Shown piece after piece: positions 20,235-30,790 of a DNA stretch of 64,000 nucleotides. A program made the translations under genes and the position numbers. The DNA lies in NCBI GenBank assembly GCA_963769975.1, contig CAVYNS010000002.1, positions 280,769-344,768 on the forward strand, in the 5' to 3' direction. Below the pieces are notes generated by a model. The model was not told the origin of the DNA, did no database searches, and worked only from the letters and a program-made list of their open reading frames with translations. The stretch is from an uncultured Chloroflexia bacterium (lineage in GTDB: Bacteria; Chloroflexota; Dehalococcoidia; GIF9; AB-539-J10). Position 1 is the first letter of the stretch. The number at the start of each line of letters is the position of its first letter.

Positions 20235-21035
20235 ATGAAATTCGTCGATAAACTGCTTAACGCCAGCCGAAAGAATAAGAGCTGGCTGTGCATCGGACTG
20301 GACCCCGACCCGGAGCTTATGCCTGCAGTAGACGTTTTACAATTCAACAAAGCCATCATCGAGGCCACCTCCGACCTGGTCTGCGCTTATAAACCCAATC
20401 TAGCTTTCTATGAAGCTTTAGGAACCGAAGGGCTGGCTACCCTGGAGAAGACCGTTAAATATATACCCGGTGATATTCCTGTAATTGGTGATGCCAAGCG
20501 CGGAGACATCGGCAACACTGCCAGGGCTTATGCTAAGGCTCTCTTTTCGGTTCTGGGCTTCGATGCCGCTACTGTCAATCCCTACCTTGGCTTCGATTCC
20601 ATAGAGCCGTTTATTAATTATCAAGATAAAGGGGTATTTATCCTGTGCCGAACATCCAACCGCGGAGCCACCGATTTCCAAGACCTTCTCACCAATGGCC
20701 TGCCGCTATACGAAGCAGTAGCCCAAAAAGCCAAAGAATGGGATATTCATGGCAATATCGGCCTGGTAGTCGGGGCGACCTATCCCGAGGAGTTAAAGAA
20801 AGTCCGCTCAATTTGCCCCGAAATGCCTTTGCTTATTCCGGGCATTGGCGCTCAGAGAGGAGACCTGGCTTCAGCAGTCGGCTACGGAGTGGATGCCCGG
20901 GGCGAGAAGGCGATTATCAATGTGTCCAGGCAAATTCTTTATGCTTCCAAGGAAAAGGATTTTGCCCAGGCGGCTAGAAACATAGCTGAAAAAATACGCC
21001 AGCAAATCAATGACTGCAGAAATAAAGCTCGGTGA
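20235..21035 (+). CDS. pyrF: Orotidine 5'-phosphate decarboxylase (type 2, long form)
   Basis: WLCIGLDPD..DAKRGDIGNTA catalytic motifs. Confidence 0.9.
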   Translation: MKFVDKLLNASRKNKSWLCIGLDPDPELMPAVDVLQFNKAIIEATSDLVCAYKPNLAFYEALGTEGLATLEKTVKYIPGDIPVIGDAKRGDIGNTARAYAKALFSVLGFDAATVNPYLGFDSIEPFINYQDKGVFILCRTSNRGATDFQDLLTNGLPLYEAVAQKAKEWDIHGNIGLVVGATYPEELKKVRSICPEMPLLIPGIGAQRGDLASAVGYGVDARGEKAIINVSRQILYASKEKDFAQAARNIAEKIRQQINDCRNKAR

Positions 21036-21201
21036 CGTAGTCCGGCTGCGCAAAGCGCACCCCTGCGGCAGCTATGAATGGGAGGTGGTAAGGGTGAGCA
21101 CCGACATCGGCCTTAAATGTCGCAAATGCCAGAGAAGGGTGCTTTTGGCCAGAGAAGTGTTTGGGAGAAGGCTGAAAGAGTTTGTCTCCAAAGGTGACTA
21201 A
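21010..21201 (+). CDS. DUF951-family small protein (63 aa; HPCG...W..C.KC motif). It is the intact reference copy of the repeated segment.
   Basis: LRKAHPCGSYEWEVVRVSTDIGLKCRKCQRRVLLAREVF matches the conserved DUF951 pattern. Its 3' half plus about 90 bp downstream is repeated at 24195-24352 and 26234-26392. Confidence 0.6.
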   Translation: MTAEIKLGDVVRLRKAHPCGSYEWEVVRVSTDIGLKCRKCQRRVLLAREVFGRRLKEFVSKGD

Positions 21202-21358
21202 CTAACTAGCTTCGCGCCAATGAAAAGTCCCTGCGATTGGTTTGTGCACTGACGTAACAAAACAGGCTAATGTGTCCTAACCACTAGATTATGACCTCTA
21301 GTTATAGTACTTTATCTCCTCTATAATCTTTGATTTATTAACGAATTTTTTTATAAAT

Positions 21359-21859
21359 ATGAAAATACTCGTTTTCTTACACGGAACAACTATAATGCAC
21401 AAAAATGCTAAGGGTCTTACTCGAGAAGAAATAATTAGGCAAGTTATCGATGGTGATGAATCTCTTCATGATTCCGCATTATACATTCCTGTCGGCAACG
21501 CTGTTAAGAAATTACAGGAATGGAAGGGACGAGGAGCAAAAATATGCTATTTAAGCTCTCATAAAAATGCTAAAGATGTTGAAAAGGACAAGTTTGTTTT
21601 GAAGAAATACGCTTTCCCCGATGGTCAAATCTTTTATCGTCGAAATAGAGAGGAATACAAGGATGTTGTTAAAAGAATTCAACCTCTTCCAGATGTGATT
21701 GTTGAAGACAATTGTGAATCAATAGGTGGAAAAGTTGAAATGGTTTATCCTAATCTTAAGCCAGAATTAAAGACCAGAATCAAATCAATTGTTGTTAAAG
21801 AGTTTGAAGGCATAGACGATATTCCTGATGAAATTTCCGAATTAACGAAACAAGATTGA
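21359..21859 (+). CDS. Hypothetical protein in a strongly AT-rich region (about 35% GC against about 50% background)
   Basis: 166-aa ORF with Lys/Glu-rich composition and AT-rich flanks (21202-21358 and 21860-22104). No family recognised. Confidence 0.5.
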   Translation: MKILVFLHGTTIMHKNAKGLTREEIIRQVIDGDESLHDSALYIPVGNAVKKLQEWKGRGAKICYLSSHKNAKDVEKDKFVLKKYAFPDGQIFYRRNREEYKDVVKRIQPLPDVIVEDNCESIGGKVEMVYPNLKPELKTRIKSIVVKEFEGIDDIPDEISELTKQD

Positions 21860-22104
21860 AAATAAGGCTTGAACTGGAACTGGTGTCTGCAAGAAGGCAA
21901 AATAAGCCCTGTTTAGCTAATAGTAGGATTGCATTGTCTTCTTCACCCAGACTACTGGAAATCCGCCTTCTGGAAAAGTCAGTGTATACTAAATTCTAAT
22001 TGAATTCGTAAATTTGGATTCGCAAAAGCCAAAATTGTTGGGTCACTTTTCAATCGTTTGTGTGAAGTAGAAATTGACCCTCTCTCATATCCAATCAGCC
22101 TGAA

Positions 22105-22704
22105 TCATTTACCGGTCAGTATGTTAAGCATTTCTAAACCGTGAATGATCATAGTCACGGCTATGGCAGCCAGCAGCAAGCTAAATACCTTGGAAACTGC
22201 CTTCAGCCCACCCTGCCCAAGAAAACGAGCCACCTGTCCTCCCGCCATAAAAATCGCCCAAGCAATAAGCATATTCAGAGCGAATGACACAAGAACCATA
22301 TAGAGAGGGTATTGAGTTGCCAATAACAACAGCGTTGTTATTGTAGCCGGTCCTACGGTTAGAGGTGTGCCAATAGGGACTACCGCTACCATTTCCTCTT
22401 TGATTAGCTCTATCATTCGTCCGGTTGTCATGTGTTTTATGGAAAGCACTAGCAGAATAAGGCCGCCAGCGATAGCAAATGAACCTACTGAAATGTTCAT
22501 TACCCGCAGAATGAACTGCCCGAAAAACAAAAATATAAGACCGACAACGGTAGCTGTTATGGTAGCCACATGGATCATCTTGTAGCGCTCTTGCTTTGAC
22601 ATGCCTTCACTCATAGAGATGACGAAGGGCAGGATGCCCAGCGCGTCAACAACGATAAATAAGGGCACAAAGGTTAATATGAAATTCTGTAAGTTGTTAT
22701 TCAA
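22105..22704 (-). CDS. MarC family (UPF0056) integral membrane protein
   Basis: Six TM helices and the PIGTPLTVGPATITT motif characteristic of MarC/UPF0056. Confidence 0.75.
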   Translation of the reverse strand: MNNNLQNFILTFVPLFIVVDALGILPFVISMSEGMSKQERYKMIHVATITATVVGLIFLFFGQFILRVMNISVGSFAIAGGLILLVLSIKHMTTGRMIELIKEEMVAVVPIGTPLTVGPATITTLLLLATQYPLYMVLVSFALNMLIAWAIFMAGGQVARFLGQGGLKAVSKVFSLLLAAIAVTMIIHGLEMLNILTGK

Positions 22705-22904
22705 GAATACTTTGATCCATTAGAGCATAATAACATTCATAGTAAGCCAAGTAGCAAGTACAGTCAATACCCCCTCGCATTAGTATTCGATGGTGCCTTT
22801 CACTATCACTGACTTGCGCTCGGACCATAGTCGCCTTTGTCGGGTAACATGTCGATGAAAAGTTGGATAACAATCCGACCAAGGGTGGGCTTGATTAGCG
22901 AAGA

Positions 22905-24128
22905 CTATGAACGAGATCGGCGAGCCCACCAGTAGTACCCTATCGTAGCAACGAACGCTATCGAGGCGATGGGTGCCCATACGAGTCTGAGATCAGAGGG
23001 GAACGCATCAAGCAGTATTCCTCCCAGCAATGGACCTATTGCTACACCTGCGGTTTCGCTTAACCCGAAAAGCCCCATATATCGTCCCCTCTGATCTTGT
23101 GGAGCCAGTTCTCCTATCACTGAGAGTTGAACCGGAGCCGATATAATCTCGCCTGTTGTAATTATCGCCATTGCTCCCAGCGCCCATCCAAATTGTGTAA
23201 TCCAACCTAAGGATAAGTAGCCTAACCCGTAAAGCACACTCCCCAGTATGAGAGCTCGGAATTTCGCTATCCGCTTGAGGGCAAGAGTCATCGGATATTG
23301 AAAGAAAATCACTATCAAGCCATTCAAAGTGAGTAATAGACCATATTGGGCGATAGAAAAGCCGACTCTATCCACGGCAAAGATAGATAAAGTACTGCCA
23401 AGCTGTCCCGCAACTATGAACACCAGGAGACTCAACACTGCGAAGACCAGGAAAGGTCGGTCGTCGGCAGTAGGAAGCATGCTACGAAAGCTTACTCTAT
23501 TACTCGTTCCATATGAAGAATCGCGAACAAAGAAAAAAACAAGGAGGTAAACGATGCCACAGGTTAAAACCGGGATCCCAAAGAGCCAGCCATAAGGCAA
23601 AAAAGTGGCCAGATATCCCCCTATGGCAGGGCCAGCAGCCCAGCCTATATTAGCTCCTATACGAATGATCCCATATGCTTCTATCAGCTTCTCTTTCGAG
23701 GTAAAATCTGCCACCATGGCTGAGATCACAGAACGTGTTGTGGTGGCCATTGACCGACCAGCGATGTAGACAATTGCAATGGCCCACACTGGAGCTGAAA
23801 TCCCAATAAGAACAGCTAGTCCTGCATACAAGAATACACTTACTAAAGCAGCCATAAGTAGAATCGGGCGCCGACCAAATCTGTCTGAAAGCGCTCCTCC
23901 AAACGCCTGACTGACGGCTGAGCAAAGCCCACCAGCCAGGAGGATCACTCCGACCATAGTCATGGGAAGACCTCTATCCTGGTAAAGATATAAAGATAGA
24001 AACGGTATACAAACGGACCAACCGATTGCTCTGAAAAACTCAATGGTGGCCATAACCCATATCGCAGATTCAAATCGGTAAAAGGCATTTCGCAATGGGC
24101 TCTTGGCTTTTCCTGATAATCCGTTCAT
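22905..24128 (-). CDS. MFS transporter
   Basis: 12-TM topology and the G..SDRFGRR motif between TM2 and TM3. Confidence 0.8.
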   Translation of the reverse strand: MNGLSGKAKSPLRNAFYRFESAIWVMATIEFFRAIGWSVCIPFLSLYLYQDRGLPMTMVGVILLAGGLCSAVSQAFGGALSDRFGRRPILLMAALVSVFLYAGLAVLIGISAPVWAIAIVYIAGRSMATTTRSVISAMVADFTSKEKLIEAYGIIRIGANIGWAAGPAIGGYLATFLPYGWLFGIPVLTCGIVYLLVFFFVRDSSYGTSNRVSFRSMLPTADDRPFLVFAVLSLLVFIVAGQLGSTLSIFAVDRVGFSIAQYGLLLTLNGLIVIFFQYPMTLALKRIAKFRALILGSVLYGLGYLSLGWITQFGWALGAMAIITTGEIISAPVQLSVIGELAPQDQRGRYMGLFGLSETAGVAIGPLLGGILLDAFPSDLRLVWAPIASIAFVATIGYYWWARRSRS

Positions 24129-24194
24129 GGCTTGCGTAAAACACCAGATTATAACCTTTTTGGGTCCGTCTGCCTTCTGGTCTAACTAATAATC

Positions 24195-24352
24195 CCTGCG
24201 GCAACTACGAAGGGGAGGTGGTGAGGGTGGGCACCGACATTGGTCTTAAATGTCTCAAATGCCAGAGAAGGGTGAAAGAATTTGTCTCCAAAAGTCACTA
24301 ACTAACCAGCTTCGTGACAATAAAAAGTATCCTACAATAGTTTTTTGTGCAG
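24195..24352 (+). pseudogene. Truncated copy 2 of the DUF951 gene 3' half plus downstream sequence, with a 33-bp internal deletion
   Basis: Aligns to 21061-21290 at about 85% identity (cctgcggca.ctacgaa.gggaggtggt.agggtg.gcaccgacat.gg.cttaaatgtc.caaatgccagagaagggtg ... aaaga.tttgtctccaaa.gt.actaactaac.agcttcg). No start codon. Confidence 0.75.
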
Positions 24353-24436
24353 TTCCAAGGCACACTATGGAGTGGAGGAGTCACAAAACGCTGGAAAGTT
24401 CAATAAAGGACGGCTAAACAATACACCATTTCTCGA

Positions 24437-24981
<545 letters not shown>

Positions 24982-24985
<4 letters not shown>

Positions 24986-25431
24986 AGCTTGTTTTCTGGT
25001 GTGAATTTCAGCGCAATGCCGTCTATGCAATAGCGTTTGCCGGTCGGTGCCGGGCCATCATTGAAAACATGACCGAGATGGGCACCACACCTGGCGCAAA
25101 GTACCTCCGTCCGCAGCCTTCCCTCACTTGTATCAGGCTGCTGAACGATATTGAGCGGTGAGACTGGTTCATAATAACTGGGCCAACCCGTCCCGGAATT
25201 GAACTTGGTTGAACTGCGAAAAAGGTCCGTGCCACAACGGACGCAGCGGAAAATACCGGGTTCATGGATCTGGTCAAATGTGCAGGTGCCCGGATCTTCA
25301 GTTCCTTTCCTGGCGGTGATTTCATACTGCTCTGCGGTCAATAGTTTCTTCCATTCTGCGTCCGTTTTCTCTACTCTCTCCACCGTCACCACCTTCTTCT
25401 GTTTAGCATCATAAATCTTGACCGTGGCCAT
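24982..25431 (-). CDS. msrB: Peptide methionine sulfoxide reductase MsrB
   Basis: Two CxxC pairs plus the RCxxCGxHLGHVF catalytic motif. A strong AGGAGGTG RBS precedes MATVKIYD. The track ORF extends to 25479. Confidence 0.9.
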
Positions 25432-25641
25432 ATGCTCACCTCCTGCAGGCTTCCTCGGCGCATTATAGCACGTAGGCAAGCTTCACCTGCCAGTCATCCG
25501 TGTCTGCAACTGTTGACATCGTATGAGTAGTAGTTTATCGTTACTGCCAAGATGAAGGCCAAAGATGCGAAACAGTCTCAGGGCAAAAATCGCCCTTTGC
25601 GGAGTTCAGTCATTTATTATGGCGACTATTAGGAGGAGCCC

Positions 25642-26148
25642 ATGAACGAAGAAGGCAAGACAATAAAAGTTCCCAACGCCATCAAAAAGATGTTGCTAGC
25701 GGATGAACAAGTTATGGCAGTCATAAAGCAATCGAGGTTGAAGGCAGCCGTCACACCCGACTCCATAATAATCACTAACCATAGAATAATCAGGTATTCT
25801 CCATCAGCCCTGGGATTACACAAGGAGATTGAAGATTACAGATATGAAGATATAGCCAATCTGAAAATCGATAAGGGAATCATGTTTGCCACCATCACTG
25901 TAAAGCGCCGATTCATGAGCGAGGATCTAATCCTGGACAACCTCCCAAAAGGTCGGGCGGATTACATTTCCAGGGCCATTCAGGAGAATCTCAGGCGAAT
26001 GAGTAGCGCCCCCGCATCCCCAGTTACAACCAATCAGCGGGTTTCTCTAACTTCGCCAGAGGACCCTCTTCAAGTCCTGAAGCTTCGCTTTGCCAGAGGA
26101 GAGATTACTAAGGAACAATTTGAGGAAATGAAGAGAGCGTTGGAGTAG
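25642..26148 (+). CDS. Bacterial PH-domain (bPH_2/YdbS-like) protein with a C-terminal SHOCT domain
   Basis: The central region matches bPH_2 (ITNHRIIRY...IEDYRYEDIANLKIDKGIMFATITV). The C-terminus LKLRFARGEITKEQFEEMKRALE is a SHOCT motif. Confidence 0.6.
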   Translation: MNEEGKTIKVPNAIKKMLLADEQVMAVIKQSRLKAAVTPDSIIITNHRIIRYSPSALGLHKEIEDYRYEDIANLKIDKGIMFATITVKRRFMSEDLILDNLPKGRADYISRAIQENLRRMSSAPASPVTTNQRVSLTSPEDPLQVLKLRFARGEITKEQFEEMKRALE

Positions 26149-26233
26149 ACTTGGCTGACGCCCTGATTGCTCTCTATCCTGTTCCCGTAGCTGTGATGAG
26201 AGAGGGACGGAGTCTGCGTACACCTCTTGAATG

Positions 26234-26392
26234 CCAACGAAAGGTGCTTTTGGCAAGAAACGTGCCTGGGAGAAGGGTGAAAGAATTTGTCTCCAAAAGT
26301 GACTACCTAACCAGCTTCGCGACAATAAAAAGCACCCTGCGACGGTTTATGTAGTGAGGTAACAAAACTGGCTATTGTGTAATTCCACCAGG
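26234..26392 (+). pseudogene. Truncated copy 3 of the DUF951 gene 3' end plus about 100 bp of downstream sequence
   Basis: Aligns to 21130-21290 (ca..gaa.ggtgcttttggc.aga.a.gtg..tgggagaagg.tgaaaga.tttgtctccaaa.gtgacta.ctaac.agcttcgcg.caat.aaaag..ccctgcga..gtt..tg...tga.gtaacaaaac.ggcta.tgtgt). The track ORF 26151..26354 is a frame artefact across it. Confidence 0.75.
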
Positions 26393-26483
26393 TTGCGGTG
26401 TCTAAGACATACTACAGACAACAAATATTTGCATCAATTTACGATATGAAGTGATTGGCGTATAATAGCATCAGGAGTTACAA

Positions 26484-29400
26484 ATGAGCATTGAGGATGA
26501 GATTGTGTCCGAGATTGTAGGAGGCAGAGGTGTACTCTTTGTTGGTGCGGGTCTATCAGTTGGAGCCGGCCTTCCAAGCTGGAAGGAGTTCGCCTCGGAA
26601 TTGACTGCCGAAATAGGTTGTCCCACAACACTTAGTCCTCTAGATATAGCTCAATACTATGAGAATGAAAAGGGACGTCATGCATTATATACAAAGCTAC
26701 GAACTAAGTTCAAGGAGAAAACAGTTAGATATAGCGAGAATCATCGGAAGCTTGTGTCTCTCGGATTCAGGACAATCATAACAACTAACTATGACAAATT
26801 GCTGGAAGACGCGCTATGCGCATGTGGCTATGAATTTCACTCGATCATAAATGACTATGATGGGTCCTATTGGGATGAGGAGAATGAAATACAACTGCTA
26901 AAACTACACGGCGACATTGAGAACGTCGACAGTATTGTGCTAACTAGGAGAGATTACAGCTTATTCTTCCGTACACATGCAATAATCACACGTCGGTTAC
27001 ATGCGATACTTCTGGATCATTCATTGATTTTTGTTGGGTATAATTTGGAAGACCCTGATTTCAACTTTGTCTTTAACGAGATCACTCTTGACCTTCAAGA
27101 ACACCGCTTGCCATCTTACTTCATGGGTTTCAATGTTGACAGATTTCGTCAGAAAGAACTAGATAGACTGGGAGTAAAAGTATTTAGTGTCGCAACTGAT
27201 GTCGTTGAACCTGATGCTGGTTATCAAGAAGCATACAACGTTGCGTTAGAAAAGAAACTCGATGACCTGAGCAGTAAAACCAAAGCCAGAAGCGATGAAA
27301 GATTAAAACCAGTGGCCAAAGAAAGTCAAGAATTCTCGCTTGTCAACGAGATCTATGACCTACTCCAAGCCATGGGATACAAGGTTTCAAGGCTGGCTGG
27401 CACTGCGTCTCGTCAGCGGCTTCTTGCAGAAAAGAAAAGTGAAGGAAAGAATATCAAGAGATTCATACTATGTTCTTCCTCTGACGTGGGGTCTGGTGAT
27501 GTTGATGCCATGTTGGCTGAGATCGCTACTGATCCTGATGCTGACGCTTGGCTTATTGCACCAAGCAAGGCTAGGATATCACCGGAATCCCGCACCTTGG
27601 CCGAAAAAAGTGGCCGTGTGCAAGTTTTGTCGCTGGCAGATTTCTATGCTCAAATGGTTCCCTTCGCGGACTATCTTGAATCTTTAGTGCGACAGTACGA
27701 GTCTAGCGATATACCGCGTTACTATGTAGAACTCGGATCTCGAAAACCGCAATTTGATATCACGCGCTCTACAGTCATAAGAGAAGACTCCTTTAGACCG
27801 ATCGACGAATATATAGACAGCTGGCTTCAGAGTTCTGACCAAAATCATATATCTATTCTGGGAGATTATGGCACCGGAAAGACTTGGTTTTGCAGAAGAT
27901 ACGCAGCGAAGCAGGCGAAAAGGTATCTCGCTGACCCAGAGCGCAACAGGATTCCCATACTAATCTCCCTGAAAGAATTCACTAAAACACTAAAGATAGA
28001 GCCACTGATAACAGATGCCTTGGTTAATGCCTATGGCTTACAGCTGGGGGGTGGATTTGCGACGTTCCAGCACTTGAATCAGTACGGTAAGCTACTAATA
28101 ATATTTGACGGCTTCGACGAGATGGAAAGCAGAGTCGACCAAATAGTGACAACAAAGAACTTCGAAGAACTGGCTAAGGCCGTTGTGCCCGGTGGTAAGA
28201 GCAAAGTTATCCTTACATGTCGCACGCCTTATTTTCAAAGCAACTTACAGGAAGTCACCCTCCTTATGGGGGAAGGTGAGGACCGCATTGACTTAAGAAG
28301 TCGCCCCAATTTTGAGATTATGTATTTGGAACCGTTCAATGACGAACAAGTGAAAGAAGCTCTAAGAAAACGTGACCCAGACTCATGGCAATACTACTAT
28401 CAACAAATAAAAGCTACGTACGATTTGCCCAACTTATCGAGGCGTCCTGTGATGATCGAAATGATAGTTGATACTCTACCTGATGTGAAGGATTTGCCAG
28501 AGATAAACTCCGCGATCCTTTACAGGAAATACACTGAGCGGTGGATAAAAAAGAACATACAGGAAGAGAGAACTTTCCTAGACGCGGAGAGCAAGCAAAT
28601 CTTTATGGAGGAATTGGCTTGGGAGATGTACAGGGCGGGAATGTCGAGCATTCACTTCACGGATATACCAGCGAGGGTACAGCGTCATTTTGGGCTTTCC
28701 TCCAAGACCACCATCGACTATTACGAACATGATATACGGGCACAGTCTTACTTGGTTCGCGACCATCAAGGCAATTATTCTTTTGCTCACAAATCCTTCT
28801 TGGAGTTTTTCGTCGCCTCGAGGATACTCAGGTCTATTAGAAAGAATGACGAAAGTCTTCTGGCAGAGCGTGGTCTGACGATAGAAATCTATGACTTTCT
28901 CATACATATGCTGGGACAAAGTGAACTCCTTATGGTGCACCAATGGCTTGAAACATCGCGTGAGTCAAAAGTTCGGCGAACTTGTGTGGTAATGTTGGGA
29001 CGACTCAAGGATTCATCTGCATGTGACGTGCTAGGTAAGGTTCTCACTGAGGACCCGCAGCCAAGTATTCGGCGTAGAGCGGCTAGAGCTCTTCTGTACA
29101 CTGGAGGGGAGAAAGCCAAGAAGATAATATTAGAAAGACTAAAACACGAGACAGACGGCAAGGTAATCCGCACCATCCTTGGGGCTTTCCCACATAAAGA
29201 TGCGAGTTTGGAACCAACGGTTGAGGATATAGCCCGAAATCGCGCTATCGAAGATGGTGTCCGGAATTCAGCCATAATAAGGGTTGCAAAGCTAGACCAG
29301 AAAGAAAAGGCAACATTATTGGCACAGCAATACTTTAGTGAGAATATTGACCAGTATAGAGGAAAGGAACAAAAGATACTAGAAGTCATAGACGAGGAGG

Positions 29401-29732
29401 CCGCTGCCGAAATAGCTGAGAGGATTCTCACATCTTCTAGAAGGCCCGAACAGAAACTACGCGCGATAGTCTATCTTCCCCCCAAAATAGATACTAGTCT
29501 AACACCATATGTCACCAGCGTGCTTCAGTCTTTCCTTCACGACCTCCAATATGCACAGAGCAAGGTCAAGTATCCTACCAAAAAAGTAAAAATTGGAGAG
29601 GAATTGGTAGCAAAATGCCGTAAAATTAGTGACTCACCTGACATTGCTAAGCTTTGCCGCTCAATTGAAGCGGTAATTGGCCAGTTAGATGAACGCTTTG
29701 CATCCGAAACAGGCGGGACAAAACCAGACTAG
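26484..29732 (+). CDS. SIR2-like domain fused to a NACHT/STAND NTPase with C-terminal HEAT repeats (1082 aa). It is a candidate bacterial NLR-like (bNACHT/Avs-like) antiphage protein.
   Basis: The N-terminus VLFVGAGLSVGAGLPSWKEF plus IITTNYDKLLE and LLKLHGDIEN form a SIR2 catalytic GAGxS/N-D/H set. The middle carries Walker A ILGDYGTGKTWF and NACHT-type Walker B LLIIFDGFDEM. The C-terminus has HEAT/PBS-lyase-like repeats (RRRAARALLYTGGEKA, KVIRTILGAF). A TATAAT-type -10 and an AGGAG RBS give it its own promoter. Confidence 0.75.
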   Translation: MSIEDEIVSEIVGGRGVLFVGAGLSVGAGLPSWKEFASELTAEIGCPTTLSPLDIAQYYENEKGRHALYTKLRTKFKEKTVRYSENHRKLVSLGFRTIITTNYDKLLEDALCACGYEFHSIINDYDGSYWDEENEIQLLKLHGDIENVDSIVLTRRDYSLFFRTHAIITRRLHAILLDHSLIFVGYNLEDPDFNFVFNEITLDLQEHRLPSYFMGFNVDRFRQKELDRLGVKVFSVATDVVEPDAGYQEAYNVALEKKLDDLSSKTKARSDERLKPVAKESQEFSLVNEIYDLLQAMGYKVSRLAGTASRQRLLAEKKSEGKNIKRFILCSSSDVGSGDVDAMLAEIATDPDADAWLIAPSKARISPESRTLAEKSGRVQVLSLADFYAQMVPFADYLESLVRQYESSDIPRYYVELGSRKPQFDITRSTVIREDSFRPIDEYIDSWLQSSDQNHISILGDYGTGKTWFCRRYAAKQAKRYLADPERNRIPILISLKEFTKTLKIEPLITDALVNAYGLQLGGGFATFQHLNQYGKLLIIFDGFDEMESRVDQIVTTKNFEELAKAVVPGGKSKVILTCRTPYFQSNLQEVTLLMGEGEDRIDLRSRPNFEIMYLEPFNDEQVKEALRKRDPDSWQYYYQQIKATYDLPNLSRRPVMIEMIVDTLPDVKDLPEINSAILYRKYTERWIKKNIQEERTFLDAESKQIFMEELAWEMYRAGMSSIHFTDIPARVQRHFGLSSKTTIDYYEHDIRAQSYLVRDHQGNYSFAHKSFLEFFVASRILRSIRKNDESLLAERGLTIEIYDFLIHMLGQSELLMVHQWLETSRESKVRRTCVVMLGRLKDSSACDVLGKVLTEDPQPSIRRRAARALLYTGGEKAKKIILERLKHETDGKVIRTILGAFPHKDASLEPTVEDIARNRAIEDGVRNSAIIRVAKLDQKEKATLLAQQYFSENIDQYRGKEQKILEVIDEEAAAEIAERILTSSRRPEQKLRAIVYLPPKIDTSLTPYVTSVLQSFLHDLQYAQSKVKYPTKKVKIGEELVAKCRKISDSPDIAKLCRSIEAVIGQLDERFASETGGTKPD

Positions 29733-29838
29733 GACTGCCTATTCATAACGCCCATATAATCCAAATTTGCCACCCTCATCATAGCTAACATAAAGCTACA
29801 CAAAATGATGAAAAGTTGGATAATAATCCGACCAAGGG

Positions 29839-29979
29839 GTTGGCTTTATCTGCTCTGTGTGCTAGTTTATATACTGTTTTATGGCTCGTTGTATTTTTCA
29901 TATTGATTTGGATGCCTTCTTCGTTTCTGTGGAGCAGGCGTTTAACCCCGAGCTGAAGGAAAAACCACTAGTAACCTGA
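29839..29979 (+). pseudogene. Duplicated dinB promoter and 5' end (truncated, 32 codons then stop). It is a direct repeat of 32110-32250.
   Basis: gttggctttatctgctctgtgtgcta.tttatat.ctgttt.atggctcg.tgtat.tt.catattgatttggatgccttcttcgtttctgtggagcagg aligns at about 88% identity with the region upstream of and into dinB. The ATG sits at the same offset (42 bp) in both copies. Confidence 0.8.
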
Positions 29980-30064
29980 ACCTATACTCCTCTTTATGTT
30001 CTTAATTATTATAGCGAAAGCGACAGTATTAAATAGATAAATTCCCTGCGACTCTCCAGATTGT

Positions 30065-30694
30065 TCATTGCCGGAGTTTTCTCCGCGATACAAAGTAAAG
30101 GGCCAGCCACACTATTGAGCTGAAAATGATGAAACCTACTATAAGATAGGGTGCCGGATTCGTTTTTACATTCTCCAGTCCAAATCGAGCGCCAAGACCA
30201 AGCAGGATGATCACGATGTCATAGGTGAGCGAGGAGAGGGCTACGCCCAAAGCGAAGTCGGAATATCGCAGGCGCGTGACTCCGGCAGCCAGCGATGGTA
30301 TCTGCAGCAGACCCGGCGTTAACCTCACAACGGCAATTGATAGTGCAGGCTGCTTGTTTAGTCCGGCCCTAACCCATTCTATCCGATTAGGTAGCCATGG
30401 GAAGCGCTTCCCAACGCGGTTAATGAGCGGACTCCCCAGGACACGGCTGACCCAGTAAAGTATGGCTGCTCCAACCTCCCTTCCCAGCAACAGCATCACA
30501 ACAATGAGCAATACTTGCGTTGACAGCGGACCAACATTGTAGCTGGTGAAGAATAGAAATACTTCCACTGTTAAGAGCAGGGGGACTCCGATGTCGCCGA
30601 CAATACCTAGCGAAAACAGCACGCCCAGCGCAGCGGGGTTTCCCAGGTTCACCCCGTCAGTTAATCCCGACAGCAGCGAATTCAACCATTCCAT
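30065..30694 (-). CDS. DedA/VTT-domain (SNARE-associated, TVP38/TMEM64-like) membrane protein
   Basis: Multi-TM protein with the conserved DedA core (..R..PG..R..S..AG). Confidence 0.7.
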   Translation of the reverse strand: MEWLNSLLSGLTDGVNLGNPAALGVLFSLGIVGDIGVPLLLTVEVFLFFTSYNVGPLSTQVLLIVVMLLLGREVGAAILYWVSRVLGSPLINRVGKRFPWLPNRIEWVRAGLNKQPALSIAVVRLTPGLLQIPSLAAGVTRLRYSDFALGVALSSLTYDIVIILLGLGARFGLENVKTNPAPYLIVGFIIFSSIVWLALYFVSRRKLRQ

Positions 30695-30790
30695 GAGACT
30701 ACCCTTGCCAGCCAGTCTTTCGATAAACTAGGCACGCATTTGAAGTCGAGGAGTACGAATTCTTTTGCAACAGCCATTCGCCCATCCGAA

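Noticed and set aside
26151-26354. 67-aa ORF MADALIALYPVPVAV...
   Set aside because: It is a frame artefact spanning the truncated third DUF951 copy. Only the C-terminal 25 residues resemble DUF951, and there is no RBS.
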